Assembly: GCF_048593235.1 (NCBI RefSeq)
Contig: NC_133620.1
Coordinates: 455,357,261 to 455,421,260 of the forward strand
Source of the DNA: Sminthopsis crassicaudata
Taxonomy: Eukaryota
Length of the DNA: 64,000 bases
Reading direction: 5' to 3'
In this document: in pieces, positions 50,101 through 61,133 of the stretch
Layout: each line of letters starts with the position of its first letter
How positions within the stretch are numbered: the stretch's first letter is position 1
Position numbers and translations under genes: made by a program
Notes under the pieces: generated by a model
Told to the model about the DNA's origin: nothing
Database searches by the model: none
Seen by the model: the letters and a program-made list of their open reading frames with translations, nothing else

Positions 50101-51699
50101 ACAGAATCATCTCCCGACTGGGAGAAACTGGGGCCGCTGCAGGAGGGGAAGGGTCCCAAAGGAGTCAAGTGTACCTCTAGAATAAAGGGGGGGCAGATGC
50201 TCTCAAGTAAAGCATACGTTTGAAGCGTACCTGTTATACACACACACACACACAAATCCTGGTCCCCGAACGCTTAGTATTGCCCATTCCCTACGTCCCC
50301 CAAAATCATCCCACCGACGGAACAGAAGAGAGGCTCGGCCCGAGGCGCTGGCATGGCTGGCCGGTGCCCGCTGTCTCTGAGACAGTGAATTTCTATCACA
50401 ACAACCTTGCCACTGGAGGACCTGTTGAAGTTGTGGGATAGGTTGGAAAGAAAGATGAGGATTTCAGAAAAGGAGGAGGGAGGGAGGTGCTTGAGAGAAG
50501 CTGCATTGTGCGGGAGCAGCAGGTCTCTCGGAGCACCTGGTGCCCCGGATGTGCGCTGAGCCGCGCTCAGCTGGTCTGCCCCCGAGGTCGGGATGCTGCT
50601 GCACGTCCCATACGGTGTGACGGTCTTAGCGTCTGTGACTCGGGATCGGACTTGTGTGAAATGCAAAAGGGTTCCAGAGCCGGCACAGGTCGTTGAGGGC
50701 TCCCCACGTCTTACAGAGAAGCGAACTAGGGCCACGGGAGGCCGGGCCTTGCCCGGCTCACACAGTCAGCTGTGCAGTGTGCAAGCGAGGCCAGGGAGGT
50801 CTGGGAGCCTCTCGAGGGCTCGCTCCCGGCCCCTCCTGGGTTGGGGGGAGGGTCTCTCGAAGGCTCAGCTCTCCAGTTGTACCGGAGAACTCCCCCTTGG
50901 GAAGTGAGGCGAGGGAGGCGAGGGTGTGTCAGAGTGTGTGAGAGAGTGAGTGTGAGTGCACGCGTAAGGGCAGGGACGGGGCGCATCCCAACCTTTCCCC
51001 CACCCCTGACTCCTCACGCTACGCGGGGCCCGGGGCGGCAACTGTCCCGCGAGGCGGGGTCGGGGGGGGGTGGAGTCCTCCAGAGACACAGCTGCGAAGG
51101 GCGTGGGGAAACGAGGGGGCGCACCTGCGCGCCCCAGGGCCCAGGTGCGCGGGGCCTCCCGGCTCCGAGGCTGCAGTGTTCTCTCGCGACCGCCAGGTGG
51201 CGCCATCTCCCAGGAGCCCGGCCCTGCCCTGGCCACTCCAGATAAGAGTGTGCGGAGCGGGCGGCGGGGCTGAGACACGGCCGGGACGCGGGGAGGACGG
51301 ACGGGCGGGAGGACGGACCGGCCGGGGGACCGGCAGGCGGAGCGGAGCGCGGCCACCTCTCCACCTGGATCCGCCGGCTGCCGGGCTTGGGGCTTCCGAC
51401 ATGCCCCCCAGGTGGGTCCCGGGACCGGGCGCGGAGATGGGAACTGCAGACTCCGGTCGGGGCCGGAGCCGGAGCCAGAGCCAGGGAGCCGGGGCCGGGG
51501 CGGAGGGAGCCCGAGCCGGGACAGCCTCGCGCCGCGGCGCTGACTTGGGGCGCCCCGGGGGGGAGCGCAGCGCATCCTCTTCCCGCCCGCCCGCCCGCGG
51601 CGCCGGGTTCACCGGGGGGTCAGCGGCGGGGCCCCGGCTCTGCCCGCACATGGGCGGGGGGGGGGGCCGGGAGGAACTGGCAGCCGGCCGCTGGCCTGG

Positions 51700-51816
51700 C
51701 ACGGCCCGGCGCCTGGCAGAGGGGCGGCCGGAGGGAGGGCGGGGCGGCCCGGAGCGAGCGAGCGAGCGAGCGAGCGCGGAGTCCGGCCGGCCGGCCGGCG
51801 GGAGCTGGGGTCGCAG
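51700..51816 (+). other. HIC1: Putative HIC1 non-coding exon 1a (5' boundary unknown)
   Basis: Consensus donor GCAG|GTAACG at 51816/51817 within a GC-rich promoter, preceded by a (GAGC)n repeat. Fits the known P1/exon-1a architecture. Confidence 0.5.
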
Positions 51817-52259
51817 GTAACGGGCCGGGGCGGCTCGGGGAGGGCGGCGCCGCCATCGGAGTCGGGTACGGGACGGGACGGACTGGGAAAGACAGCGCAG
51901 GGGATGCGGAGGGGACGAGGCGCGCCGGGAGGGGCGCGGCAGGGGCCCGCTAGCTTGCCTCCCGCTCCCGGCCCGTCCCAAGTTGAGAAACTTTTCCCCC
52001 AAGTTTGAGTTCCTCGGCTGGCTGGCCGGGCGGAGCAGCCGAGGGGCTCCGCGAGCGAGCTCGGGGGCCTCCCGGGAGGGAGCTGGCCGGCCGGCGGGCG
52101 GGGCGCCGAGGCGATCGGCGCGGGGTCAGGGCCGCTGGGTCCGCGCCGTGCCCGGGGCGCTGCCCCCTCCCTCCCCCGGGAGCTGCGTGGCTCCCCCCTC
52201 CCCCCCACCTGCTTCCTGCTGCAGCCTCCAGCCCCGATATAACGCCCTCCCTGCTGGCG

Positions 52260-52632
52260 GCCCGGGCCCTTCGCGCTCTGCCCGTAGCCGCGGCAGCGGC
52301 TCCTCTTCAGCCCCGGCCCCGGCAGCGACAGCCGCTCCCCCCCTCGGCCCCCATTCCCGGCCCGGCCCGGCTCGGCTCGACTCGGCGCGGAGGAGCCTCT
52401 GCCGCCTCGGCCCGAGCCGGGCCCCCGACCCACCGGCTGCAGCCGGCACCGATGCCGACGCCAATCCCCACAACATTTCCCCACTAACCCGATAACTTTT
52501 TTTCCTCCCCCAAACCGGGACTTTTGCGAAAGAACGAATTTTCTCTGGATCGGGATAATTTTTCTCCCCAATGGGACACTCCCCTCTGGACTGATGAGTT
52601 TTTTTCTGAAGCGGATATTTCCCTGAAATCGG
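52260..52632 (+). other. HIC1: HIC1 exon 1b (TATA-like GATATAA at 52236-52242 upstream; donor at 52632/52633)
   Basis: Carries FSEADISLKS G|GTAAC, homologous to human MTFPEADILLKSG and phase-compatible with exon 2. The ATG at 52594 is out of frame (see findings). The 5' boundary is inferred. Confidence 0.75.
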
Positions 52633-53131
52633 GTAACTTCTTCCGAGGCGGAAATTTCCCCCCCTTAAGCGGATTTATTTTTGGAAAGTTCCCCGCTCGC
52701 CATCCCCGCCCGGTCCCCGACTTGCGAACCCGGGCCTCGGCCTGGGGCACTCCGTCCCTTCTCCACCGGGGCTCTTCTACCGAGAAAGCGGCCGAGAAGA
52801 GAGGGGCCGAACTCCCTCCCTGCCCCGCTGGCCCCCTTCCTCCTCCCGGGCTCCAGGACATGCTGCCTCCCGGGCCCAGGTGACCGAGGTCAATCAGGCG
52901 GGAGCCGGGCAGGGGCGAGCAACTCCCGCATCCCCCGTCCGAGGCAGGCGGCGTGGCGGGAGGCTACTCCCTCAGGCTGCCCGAGCGGGGTGGGGTGGAG
53001 AGAGCGGCCCTTGAGCCTCGGCTCTGACCTTGTCTGTGCTTGTGTGTGCCTGTGTGTGTGTGTGTGTATACGTATGTCGTGTCGTGTCCTGTCGTGTCGC
53101 GTGTGTCCCCACAGGTGGGAGCACAGGGCAG

Positions 53132-55330
53132 ATGATGCTGGATGCGATGGAGGCGCCGGGACACTCCAGACAGCTGCTGCTGCAGCTCAACAGCCAGCGC
53201 ACCNNNNNNNNNNNNNNNNNNNNNNNNNNNNNNNNNNNNNNNNNNNNNNNNNNNNNNNNNNNNNNNNNNNNNNNNNNNNNNNNNNNNNNNNNNNNNNNNN
53301 NNNNNNNNNNNNNNNNNNNNNNNNNNNNNNNNNNNNNNNNNNNNNNNNNNNCCGTCTTCCGCCTGGTCTTGGACTTCATCTACACGGGCCGCCTGGCCGA
53401 CGGCTCGGAGGGAGCGGCGGCGGCGGCGCCGGGGGCCGAGCCCAGCCTGGGCGCAGTGCTGGCGGCCGCCAGCTACCTGCAGATCCCGGACCTCGTGTCC
53501 CTCTGCAAAAAGCGGCTCAAGCGCCACGGCAAGTACTGTCACCTGCGCGGGGGCGGCGGCGGCGGCGGCTACGCGCCCTACGGCAGGCCCGGCCGGGGCC
53601 TGCGGGCCACCACGCCCGTCATCCAGGCCTGCTACCCGGGGGGCGCGCCCTCGGGGCCTCCGCCGCCGCCAGCCTCGGCCGCGGAGCTGCCTCCGGGGGC
53701 CGAGGCGCCCGTCAATACCCACTGCGCCGAGCTGTACGCCTCGGGCCCGGCGCCCCCTCAGCCGCCGCCGCCGCCGCCGTCGCTCTGCGCCCCCGAGCGC
53801 CGCTGCTCCCCGCTCTGCGGCCTGGACCTGTCCAAGAAGAGCCCCCCGGGCCCCGCGGCCGCGCCCGAGAGGCCGCACCCCGGGGAGCGCGAGCGCGAGG
53901 CGCCTTCGAGGCACGACAGCAGCCCGCCCGGGGCCGCCTACAAGGAGCCGCAGCTCTCGTTGCCCCTGCCTTTGCCTCTGCCGCTGCCCCTGCCCTTCCA
54001 GAAGATGGAGGAGGCCGGGCCGCCCCTCGACCCGTTCCGGCCGGGAGCCAGCCCCGGGCCTGAGCCCCCGGGACGACCGGATGGGCCCGCGCTGATCTAC
54101 CGCTGGATGAAGGCCGAGCCGGGCTTGGGCAGCTACGGGGACGAGCTCGGGCGGGACCGCGGCTCTCCCGTGGAGCGCGGCGCGGGAGAGGAGCCTGCGG
54201 ACGAGGGGGACTCGCCGGGGGGGCCTCCGCTGCCCCTGCCGCCGCCGCCCCGGTACCCGGGCCTGGACGGGCCCGGACCCGACGCGGACGACTACAAGAG
54301 CAGCAGCGAGGAGACGGGCAGCAGCGAGGAGCCGAGCCCGGGCGGGGGCCACCTCGGCAGCTACCACTGCCCTCACCTGACCTACCGAGAGCCCGAGAGC
54401 TTCGGCGATAACCGCTACGTCTGCATCCCGTGCGATAAGGGCTTCCCCAGCTCGGAGCAGCTCAACGCGCACGTCGAGGCACACGTGGAGGAGGAGGAGG
54501 CGCTGTACGGGAGGGCTGAGGCGGCCGAAGCGGCGGCCGTGGGCGCGGCGGGCCTGGGGCCCCCCTTCGGCGGCGGCGGCGGCGGCGGCGGGGACAAGGG
54601 CGCCGGGGGCCCCGGGGGCCTGGGCGAGCTGCTGAGGCCCTACCGCTGCGCCTCTTGCGACAAGAGCTACAAGGACCCGGCCACCCTCCGGCAGCACGAG
54701 AAGACGCACTGGCTGACGCGGCCTTACCCCTGCACCATCTGCGGCAAGAAGTTCACGCAGCGCGGGACCATGACCCGCCACATGCGCAGCCATCTGGGCC
54801 TCAAGCCCTTCGCCTGCGACGCCTGCGGCATGCGCTTCACCCGCCAGTACCGGCTCACGGAGCACATGCGCATCCACTCCGGGGAGAAGCCCTACGAGTG
54901 CCAGGTCTGCGGGGGCAAGTTCGCGCAGCAGCGCAACCTCATCAGCCACATGAAGATGCACGCCGTGGGCGCGGGCGGCGGCGCGGCCGGGGCGCTGGCG
55001 GGGCTGGGCGGCCTGCCCGGCGCGCCGGGCCCCGACGGCAAGGCCAAGCTCGACTTCCCCGAAGGGGTCTTCGCCGTGGCGCGCCTCACGGCCGAGCAGC
55101 TGGGCCTCAAACAGCAAGACAAGGCGGCGGCGGCGGCCGAGCTGCTGGCCCAGACCACGCACTTCCTGCACGACCCCAAAGCGGCGCTCGAGAGCCTCTA
55201 CCCGCTGGCCAAGTTCACGGCCGAGCAGCTGGGGCTGAGCCCCGACAAGGCGGCCGAGGTGCTGAGCCAGAGCGCGCACCTCGCCGGCGGACCCGACGGC
55301 CGGACCATTGACCGCTTCTCCCCTACTTAG
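53132..55330 (+). CDS. HIC1: Hypermethylated in cancer 1 (ZBTB29): BTB/POZ domain plus 5 C2H2 zinc fingers; exon 2 acceptor at 53114/53115
   Basis: MMLDAMEAPGHSRQLLLQLN start. GLDLSKK CtBP-binding motif, MKAEP SUMO/acetyl motif, ZF1 CIPC..HVEAH plus four tandem fingers, ends TIDRFSPT*. BTB core partly in N-gap 53204-53351. Confidence 0.98.
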   Translation: MMLDAMEAPGHSRQLLLQLNSQRTXXXXXXXXXXXXXXXXXXXXXXXXXXXXXXXXXXXXXXXXXXXXXXXXXXVFRLVLDFIYTGRLADGSEGAAAAAPGAEPSLGAVLAAASYLQIPDLVSLCKKRLKRHGKYCHLRGGGGGGGYAPYGRPGRGLRATTPVIQACYPGGAPSGPPPPPASAAELPPGAEAPVNTHCAELYASGPAPPQPPPPPPSLCAPERRCSPLCGLDLSKKSPPGPAAAPERPHPGEREREAPSRHDSSPPGAAYKEPQLSLPLPLPLPLPLPFQKMEEAGPPLDPFRPGASPGPEPPGRPDGPALIYRWMKAEPGLGSYGDELGRDRGSPVERGAGEEPADEGDSPGGPPLPLPPPPRYPGLDGPGPDADDYKSSSEETGSSEEPSPGGGHLGSYHCPHLTYREPESFGDNRYVCIPCDKGFPSSEQLNAHVEAHVEEEEALYGRAEAAEAAAVGAAGLGPPFGGGGGGGGDKGAGGPGGLGELLRPYRCASCDKSYKDPATLRQHEKTHWLTRPYPCTICGKKFTQRGTMTRHMRSHLGLKPFACDACGMRFTRQYRLTEHMRIHSGEKPYECQVCGGKFAQQRNLISHMKMHAVGAGGGAAGALAGLGGLPGAPGPDGKAKLDFPEGVFAVARLTAEQLGLKQQDKAAAAAELLAQTTHFLHDPKAALESLYPLAKFTAEQLGLSPDKAAEVLSQSAHLAGGPDGRTIDRFSPT

Positions 55331-56234
55331 AAGTCCCTTCACCTCACCCCCGAGCGGGGACTGCACTGCACCGCCCTCCCCCCCCTCCTCGCCGGGAGGG
55401 GTGGGAAATGAAATGGGGGGGCGATGGAGAGAAGTTCCCGCCCGGGAGGGACAGCAACGGCAACTAGCAACCGAGGCAGCCCTCCCCTCCTCCTTCGATC
55501 CCCCCCTCCCCTTCCCGGCCGGCCCCGAGGCCACACACTAGGCGGAACCGCTTCGTGCCTTAGCCCGGGCCGGGGGAGGCCCGGGAGTGGAGTGGGGGGT
55601 GGGGCGGGGGTGGGAAAGGGAGATTTCTATTTTTGATAATAGCTTCAACCAAAGGAGACCCCGACCCCGCCCCGCCCCCACGCCGCGGTCTCAGCCGCGC
55701 CTCTTCCTGTGGTTCCTCTGCCCCACGTTCCCGCTCCCGATCCCGGGAGCCGACTGGCCCCTGAGCTGCTACAGCCGCCGCGCTGGGGTTCACTGTGGGG
55801 GCGCCCCCCGCCCTACCTCCGGCCACTGCGTCTGCACCCGTTCTCACTGTGAATCAATCGGCGCCAGGGCCAGGGCAAATCGGGGGGCGGGGGGAGGACT
55901 GAGCCGGCCCGGGGGTGCCCCCGCCCCCGCCCTGGGACCGATAATGTGAAGTTCCTCATTTTGCACAAGTGGCACCAGCCCCCGGGGCCCACTTCGCCTT
56001 CCGACCGCAGCCCGCGAGGCGAGATGGGAGGGAGGAGCCCCCAGCCCCGTCCCCCAGCCCTCTCCCCTTTGCCCCCGGGGCCGGGACGATATTTATTGCA
56101 TGCGTCCCGGGCCCCGGGTCTCCCGGCCCAGCGGCCACCTCCTCCGCCCTCCCCATCTCTGAGTTTGTATATTTCTTACCGTGTACACAGGCTCTCCCGG
56201 AGCCGCTTCCATTTTCTATACTCGAACCAACAGC

Positions 56235-56240
56235 AATAAA
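56235..56240 (+). terminator. HIC1 polyadenylation signal
   Basis: AATAAA ~900 nt after the HIC1 stop. Confidence 0.8.
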
Positions 56241-56412
56241 GCAGTAATCGACGTCTGGCCATTTTCTCCTGGGGGGGCTCGGGGCTGGGGGAGTTTGGTC
56301 AGAGGTAGGGAGCCTGCCTAAAGCAGCAAAAAGCCAGCACGCCCCCCCACCCCCTCCCAGCCCGGCTGCAAACAGACCAGACTAGGACTCAGGTATGTTT
56401 CATAACTAAAAA

Positions 56413-56418
56413 TTTATT
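56413..56418 (-). terminator. SMG6 polyadenylation signal
   Basis: TTTATT on the plus strand (AATAAA on minus), ~1.45 kb after the SMG6 stop. Confidence 0.75.
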
Positions 56419-57872
56419 AAGAAAACAACAAAACCGGCCTTGCAAACCAGGCTGGAAAGGAGAGGGCTCGTTCCCCTCCTTCCAGGCCTCTGCTTCAGCC
56501 CCAGGGAGTGGGGGCAGGGGGATCCACATATCCAAAGCACCCCCCCTCCCCAACCAGTGTAACCGGGAACACTTCTGCTGTTCGAAGCAGCACCCTTACT
56601 GTGCTCTGGGTCCCCCCCCAAAAAAAAAACCCACCATTGAGGTGGTCTCCCGGTGAGCAGGCTGGGCCGCCATGATGGCTTCTGTCCCCCCAACCCTGTG
56701 GTCCTGGCTGTGGCTGTAGAGTTGCAGAAAGCTGAGACCCCACCTCCCCCCACAGGGACCAGTCCTACTTAAACATGGCTGCACTTCCCCCCAAGCCCCC
56801 TGGGTAACTCCGTTCCCTGCCAGGAGACAAAGCTCCTGCTTGGGTGACACCTCCAGAGCGGGCAGGCACCCTCTCCTGATACCCTGGGCAAGCAGGTTTC
56901 TTCAAAGCACAGAAACACGGGAGCCGGGACAAACTAGTTTCACATCTCACTGCCAAGGAAGGAGGTTTGCAGTAGTAAGAGAAGAGGGGAAAAGGGAAGC
57001 AGGAGAGGGAAACAAAGGCAAACAGAGATGAGAGAGAAGGGAAGGGAGCAAAGGGAGCGGGATCTTGACCTGGAACAACTAGGGTAGGAGCATCGAATGT
57101 CCATGGGAGAGGTCTAGAATGAAGGGCAAAGGAGGCTGAAAGGCAGAAGGCAGGGAGGGCACAGAGAAGGGGCCGGGGCAGGCTTTGGATGACATCTTTC
57201 CAGAGGCACCCGGCATCCAGGAGCCGGGGACGACCGACCTTCCTTCCAGTCTGGACCCCATCCTCTCCTCCCCAGAGGAGGGGAAGCAAAGAGCCAAGTA
57301 TGTCTGCCCAGCCCAGGGGAAGGTCAACCCCCAGGTGGCTGCCGCTAGGACGAGGCGTCCCAAACACAGCCTGGGTCAGAGGCCAAGGCCCAGAGGAGGG
57401 GGAGGCGCCTGCTCTGTCATCATGGCACAAAGGAAGGATGGGGAAATGCCAAGAAACCAGACCTAATGGTCTTCATGCCCATTCACCTGCATCCAACTCA
57501 AAATCTTAACCTGGCACACATTAGCACCCAAGTTCCTGCAGGAGTGAGGCCCTTCCCCTGTCTTCTTCAATGGATGGGGGAGAGGAGGGGAGAGGAGGGA
57601 AGGGAGAAGGCCTAAGGCCAGGGGCGGGCCCCAGCTCGGTGACACCAGCCAGCCTCCCTGCTAAATCTCTGCTGCCTGAGGAGGGTCCTGGCTTGGGCAT
57701 GACCCTTGGGAGTGGCTCCCCACAGCACGGCCACGGCGGTGGGTTGGAAGAGGATGGTTTATTGTCTGGGTGGGGTGGGTGGCAAGGGCGCTTGGGCTCC
57801 TCCCACGCCACGCGTGCCGCCTGTCGGCCTCAAGAGAACGGTTCCATCGGGGCAGTGCCCGGTGTGGCCTTC

Positions 57873-58003
57873 TCACCCCACCTGTGCCCACTTGAGGAAG
57901 GCCGAGATGTCCCGAACTGGCACGTTTCTTGTCAGTGCCTTCACCCGAAGGTTTCTGTCATCTGTCAGCAGCACCACCTCTCGGAGAAGCCGGATCGGCT
58001 CAT
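57873..58003 (-). CDS. SMG6: SMG6 (EST1A) last coding exon, PIN domain end (DEPIRLLREVVLLTDDRNLRVKALTRNVPVRDISAFLKWAQVG*)
   Basis: LLTDDRNLRVKA PIN motif. CACAG| acceptor and TGA at 57873-57875. Confidence 0.97.
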
Positions 58004-58920
58004 CTGTGACCAAAAAAAGGGGGGGGGGGAAACAGTTAGGGAGGGTTGGGACCCCCTCCCAGGTACTCCCCAGGTGCCAAAGCCAAACCTTGGAAGGTCA
58101 AGGGACTGCAAAGTCTCTGTAGCCTTTTCTATTTGCCTTAGATCAACAGGTCTGTGAACTTGTTTTAAAAGTATAAACTATTTCAATAGGATTGGTTTCC
58201 TTTCTAATCCAATGCATTTTATGATTTAAAAACTTGGTTCTAAAAAGAGGACTCACTAGACTGACAAAGGAGCCTGGACATGAAAAAGGCTGAGAGACCC
58301 TGTTCCAGAATCTAGAGGGCAGAAGAAATTGGGGAGTGTGTGTGTGTGGGGAGAATTCCTCAGCACTTTCTGGCATAAGACTCAGTATTGGAGGAGACCT
58401 CCTCTCTCCAAGCCAGGGGATGGGGCGGGGTATCCCTGGCAGATGGTGCCAACCACCCGTGACTCCTCAGTGCCACTTCTTTCTCCCTGCCATTCTCCAG
58501 CTACTCTAGCCCCCTGAAGCCCTATCTCTGTGGCCAAATGCTTGTTTCTCAGTGCTCCAGCATGCTCTGTTCTGGGTCTGCAGCACAGGCAGGAAGGGAA
58601 CGGGGGGCCTGTAAACTCCACATCTGATCTGCCAACTGCATCCTTGGAAAGGATGAGGATGGTGGCTGGATGGTGTAATGGACTAGAAAAGGGAGCGGGG
58701 AAAGAAAGGGAGGGTGGATCACGGATGTCATGAGAGAGAGGCCAGAGTGGGTATGAAAGGGAAAGGGAAGAAGGATGCTCTTAAAGAGACCATTTCATGG
58801 TCCGGATCTGGAGCCCTCGGGAGTGTGGGGCCCATGGCTGGGAGCCCGGCCCAGGCCCCAGGTCGGCCAGCTCGGCCCGGTGTTGCTGGCAGGGGTCCGA
58901 AGGGGTTTCTGCGGATACTT

Positions 58921-59140
58921 NNNNNNNNNNNNNNNNNNNNNNNNNNNNNNNNNNNNNNNNNNNNNNNNNNNNNNNNNNNNNNNNNNNNNNNNNNNNNNNN
59001 NNNNNNNNNNNNNNNNNNNNNNNNNNNNNNNNNNNNNNNNNNNNNNNNNNNNNNNNNNNNNNNNNNNNNNNNNNNNNNNNNNNNNNNNNNNNNNNNNNNN
59101 NNNNNNNNNNNNNNNNNNNNNNNNNNNNNNNNNNNNNNNN
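58921..59140. other. Assembly gap (220 N) in the last SMG6 intron
   Basis: Run of N. Confidence 1.
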
Positions 59141-60754
59141 GCAGCTGCTGATGTAATTGCAATAGGGGCGGTCCCGAGGGTGGCAGCCCGAGTCCGGAGG
59201 CCGCCTCCTGAGAAGGGGAGCCAAAGGGTGGTAGTGGGGAGTAGAGGTGGGGGAGTGACCAAGGCTGAAGAAAGAGGGTTCCTTGGCTTCCTCTCCCAAC
59301 ATCCCACCTGTGCTCTATGTGTGTTCTCTGGAGGAGAACGCCTCAGAGGCGGTGGCCTTCAGCCCTATTCGGCTAAGAGTTCTCTCTCCCCATCCTGCAC
59401 TAGTGGCATGAAAGGACGTGGCCCAGAGGGTCTGCCCATCAGCAGAGGCTGGGAAACATCTGCGGATCTGGAGCCAGTGGGAAAAAGTGACAGATGGGGG
59501 CAGGGGATGGCCTGTTCTGGAGTGAGGCCTCCAGGACAGGTGGGCAGGAGAGGGACGAGAAGAGACAATCCAGATCGTTCCCAAAGTCAGCGCTATGAAA
59601 ATAAACAAGAGAGAAGGAGAGACAAAAAGACAAAGAGACTTGACATATAAGGAGATGGGAACTTGGTGAGAATGAACAACTCTGGAGTTTTTAGAGCAGT
59701 AATGAATTCTGCAGATGATGCTAAACTAGGAAGTACTGGGAACTCCCATTAAATAGAAGAAATGACACAGAGGGACCAGGGGAGGCCAGAAACGTGGGCA
59801 GAAAACACTAAGATGAAAGTCATCTCAGGAGGGGAGAATTCTCTGGAACTTCAGTGATTCAGTGGGTTGGGACAAGTGGGGAAAGTACTGAAGGCTTTCA
59901 GAGCCTCTGGGGAGAGCCCAAGCATTGCCGGTGGAAGCACAGAAGGCCGGTCTTATTCTAGCAAAGAGCAGAGAATGATTATAGACCAGGCCAAATATGG
60001 CCGGCCAATTCCTTTGACACTGGCCACATTTTCAGGTGCTTTCCTCCTTCCCTACATGAAAAGTGGTAAAAATGCAGGTTGTCTTCCAGACCCCAGGTCA
60101 ATCTTGACTGCTACCCTCATGACCTGATACATGGCAAGGATTCAGACATGAACTAACGGAAAGAGAGCCGGGATGTGAGAATTTGAAAATGTCTTTGCTA
60201 AGAAAGGCAATCTGAACATGACTTGCCTCATTCCCAAGGGCTGGTGGGGCTTTGGTCTAGATAACCAGGACTGTGGGGAATGAAATTATCAAAAAAGCAA
60301 CGTATGTGACCGATTAGAAATCAGGGAGAATTCTGTGGAGGACCATAGTCAGAGAAGGGAGAAGGGCTGCTATGGAGAGCAGCACCCTCCTTAGGAGGGA
60401 CTTCATGGTCCACGGTGCCATCTTCTATTAACGAGAGTGGAAGCAGAGACCAGTGGGACGAGGGCTATAGTGGAGGAAAACAGCCCTGGCTATACCTGGG
60501 TCACAACATCGGCCACGTAGGAGGCTTCCGTGTACAGCCTGTGTCCAGGCTTAGGAGCGAACTGGTCCACGGTCGATCTTTTAGATCTCTCTAGGCAGGC
60601 TCCAATCTTTTGGGGGACATATAGAACAGGGCAAAGGCGGACAAATGGGCTACTTTTCAGAGGGGCCCGGGCCTAGGCCACTCACACTCCTGCTGGCGTT
60701 CTCCAGCAGAGAATGGGCCCCAGGAAGGGGAAGGCAGGCCCAAAGCAGTGGTAC

Positions 60755-60836
60755 CTTTGTTGGGAGGCATGAAGTCCTTGGCCTTGTCTTTGCAGTAATG
60801 AAGGCAGCAAGAGAGGATCAGGTCATCGTTATTTCC
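60755..60836 (-). CDS. SMG6: SMG6 penultimate exon (GNNDDLILSCCLHYCKDKAKDFMPPNK)
   Basis: NNDDLIL PIN motif. CCAG| and |GTACCA, 82 nt, phases 0/1. Confidence 0.97.
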
Positions 60837-61133
60837 CTGGAGAAGGAGAATGTGAAAATGTCAGAACGTGGCCCCGCTGCAAACACGAGTCAGCAAACCC
60901 TCTTCTGGCCTACACATCCAGAGTGCCGCTGCTCCTTTGGCTCTGGCTCAGTTCCTCACACCCCCTACACAGGGCTGGCATCAGACGGATGGTGCCCAAG
61001 GTGAGCTACCTGCATGCCAACTGTGCTAACTAGCCCCAAAATTTTTCTCTGGTTTTTACACTTCTCTCCTAATTCCTCGGCCTTCTGGGATACGTGCCAA
61101 TTTTTCACCTCCCCAGGTAAGCAGTCGTCTCAC

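Larger units (their letters stand above)
50750..56300. promoter_or_regulatory. HIC1: Large CpG island covering the HIC1 promoters and whole gene body
   Basis: Continuous very high GC and CpG content, typical of HIC1 (Hypermethylated In Cancer 1). Confidence 0.9.

Noticed and set aside
51397-51960. Possible p53 response element upstream of HIC1 exon 1b (half-sites CGACATGCCC ~51398 and TAGCTTGCCT ~51951)
   Set aside because: HIC1 is a known p53 target, but I see only isolated half-sites, with no adjacent pair.
52964-55534. 856-aa antisense ORF over HIC1
   Set aside because: Shadow frame caused by extreme GC3 bias of the HIC1 CDS; no start context or domain.
58900-59170. Possible exon in the 220-N gap
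   Set aside because: The flanks lack splice signals, and the SMG6 exons on either side already join in frame.
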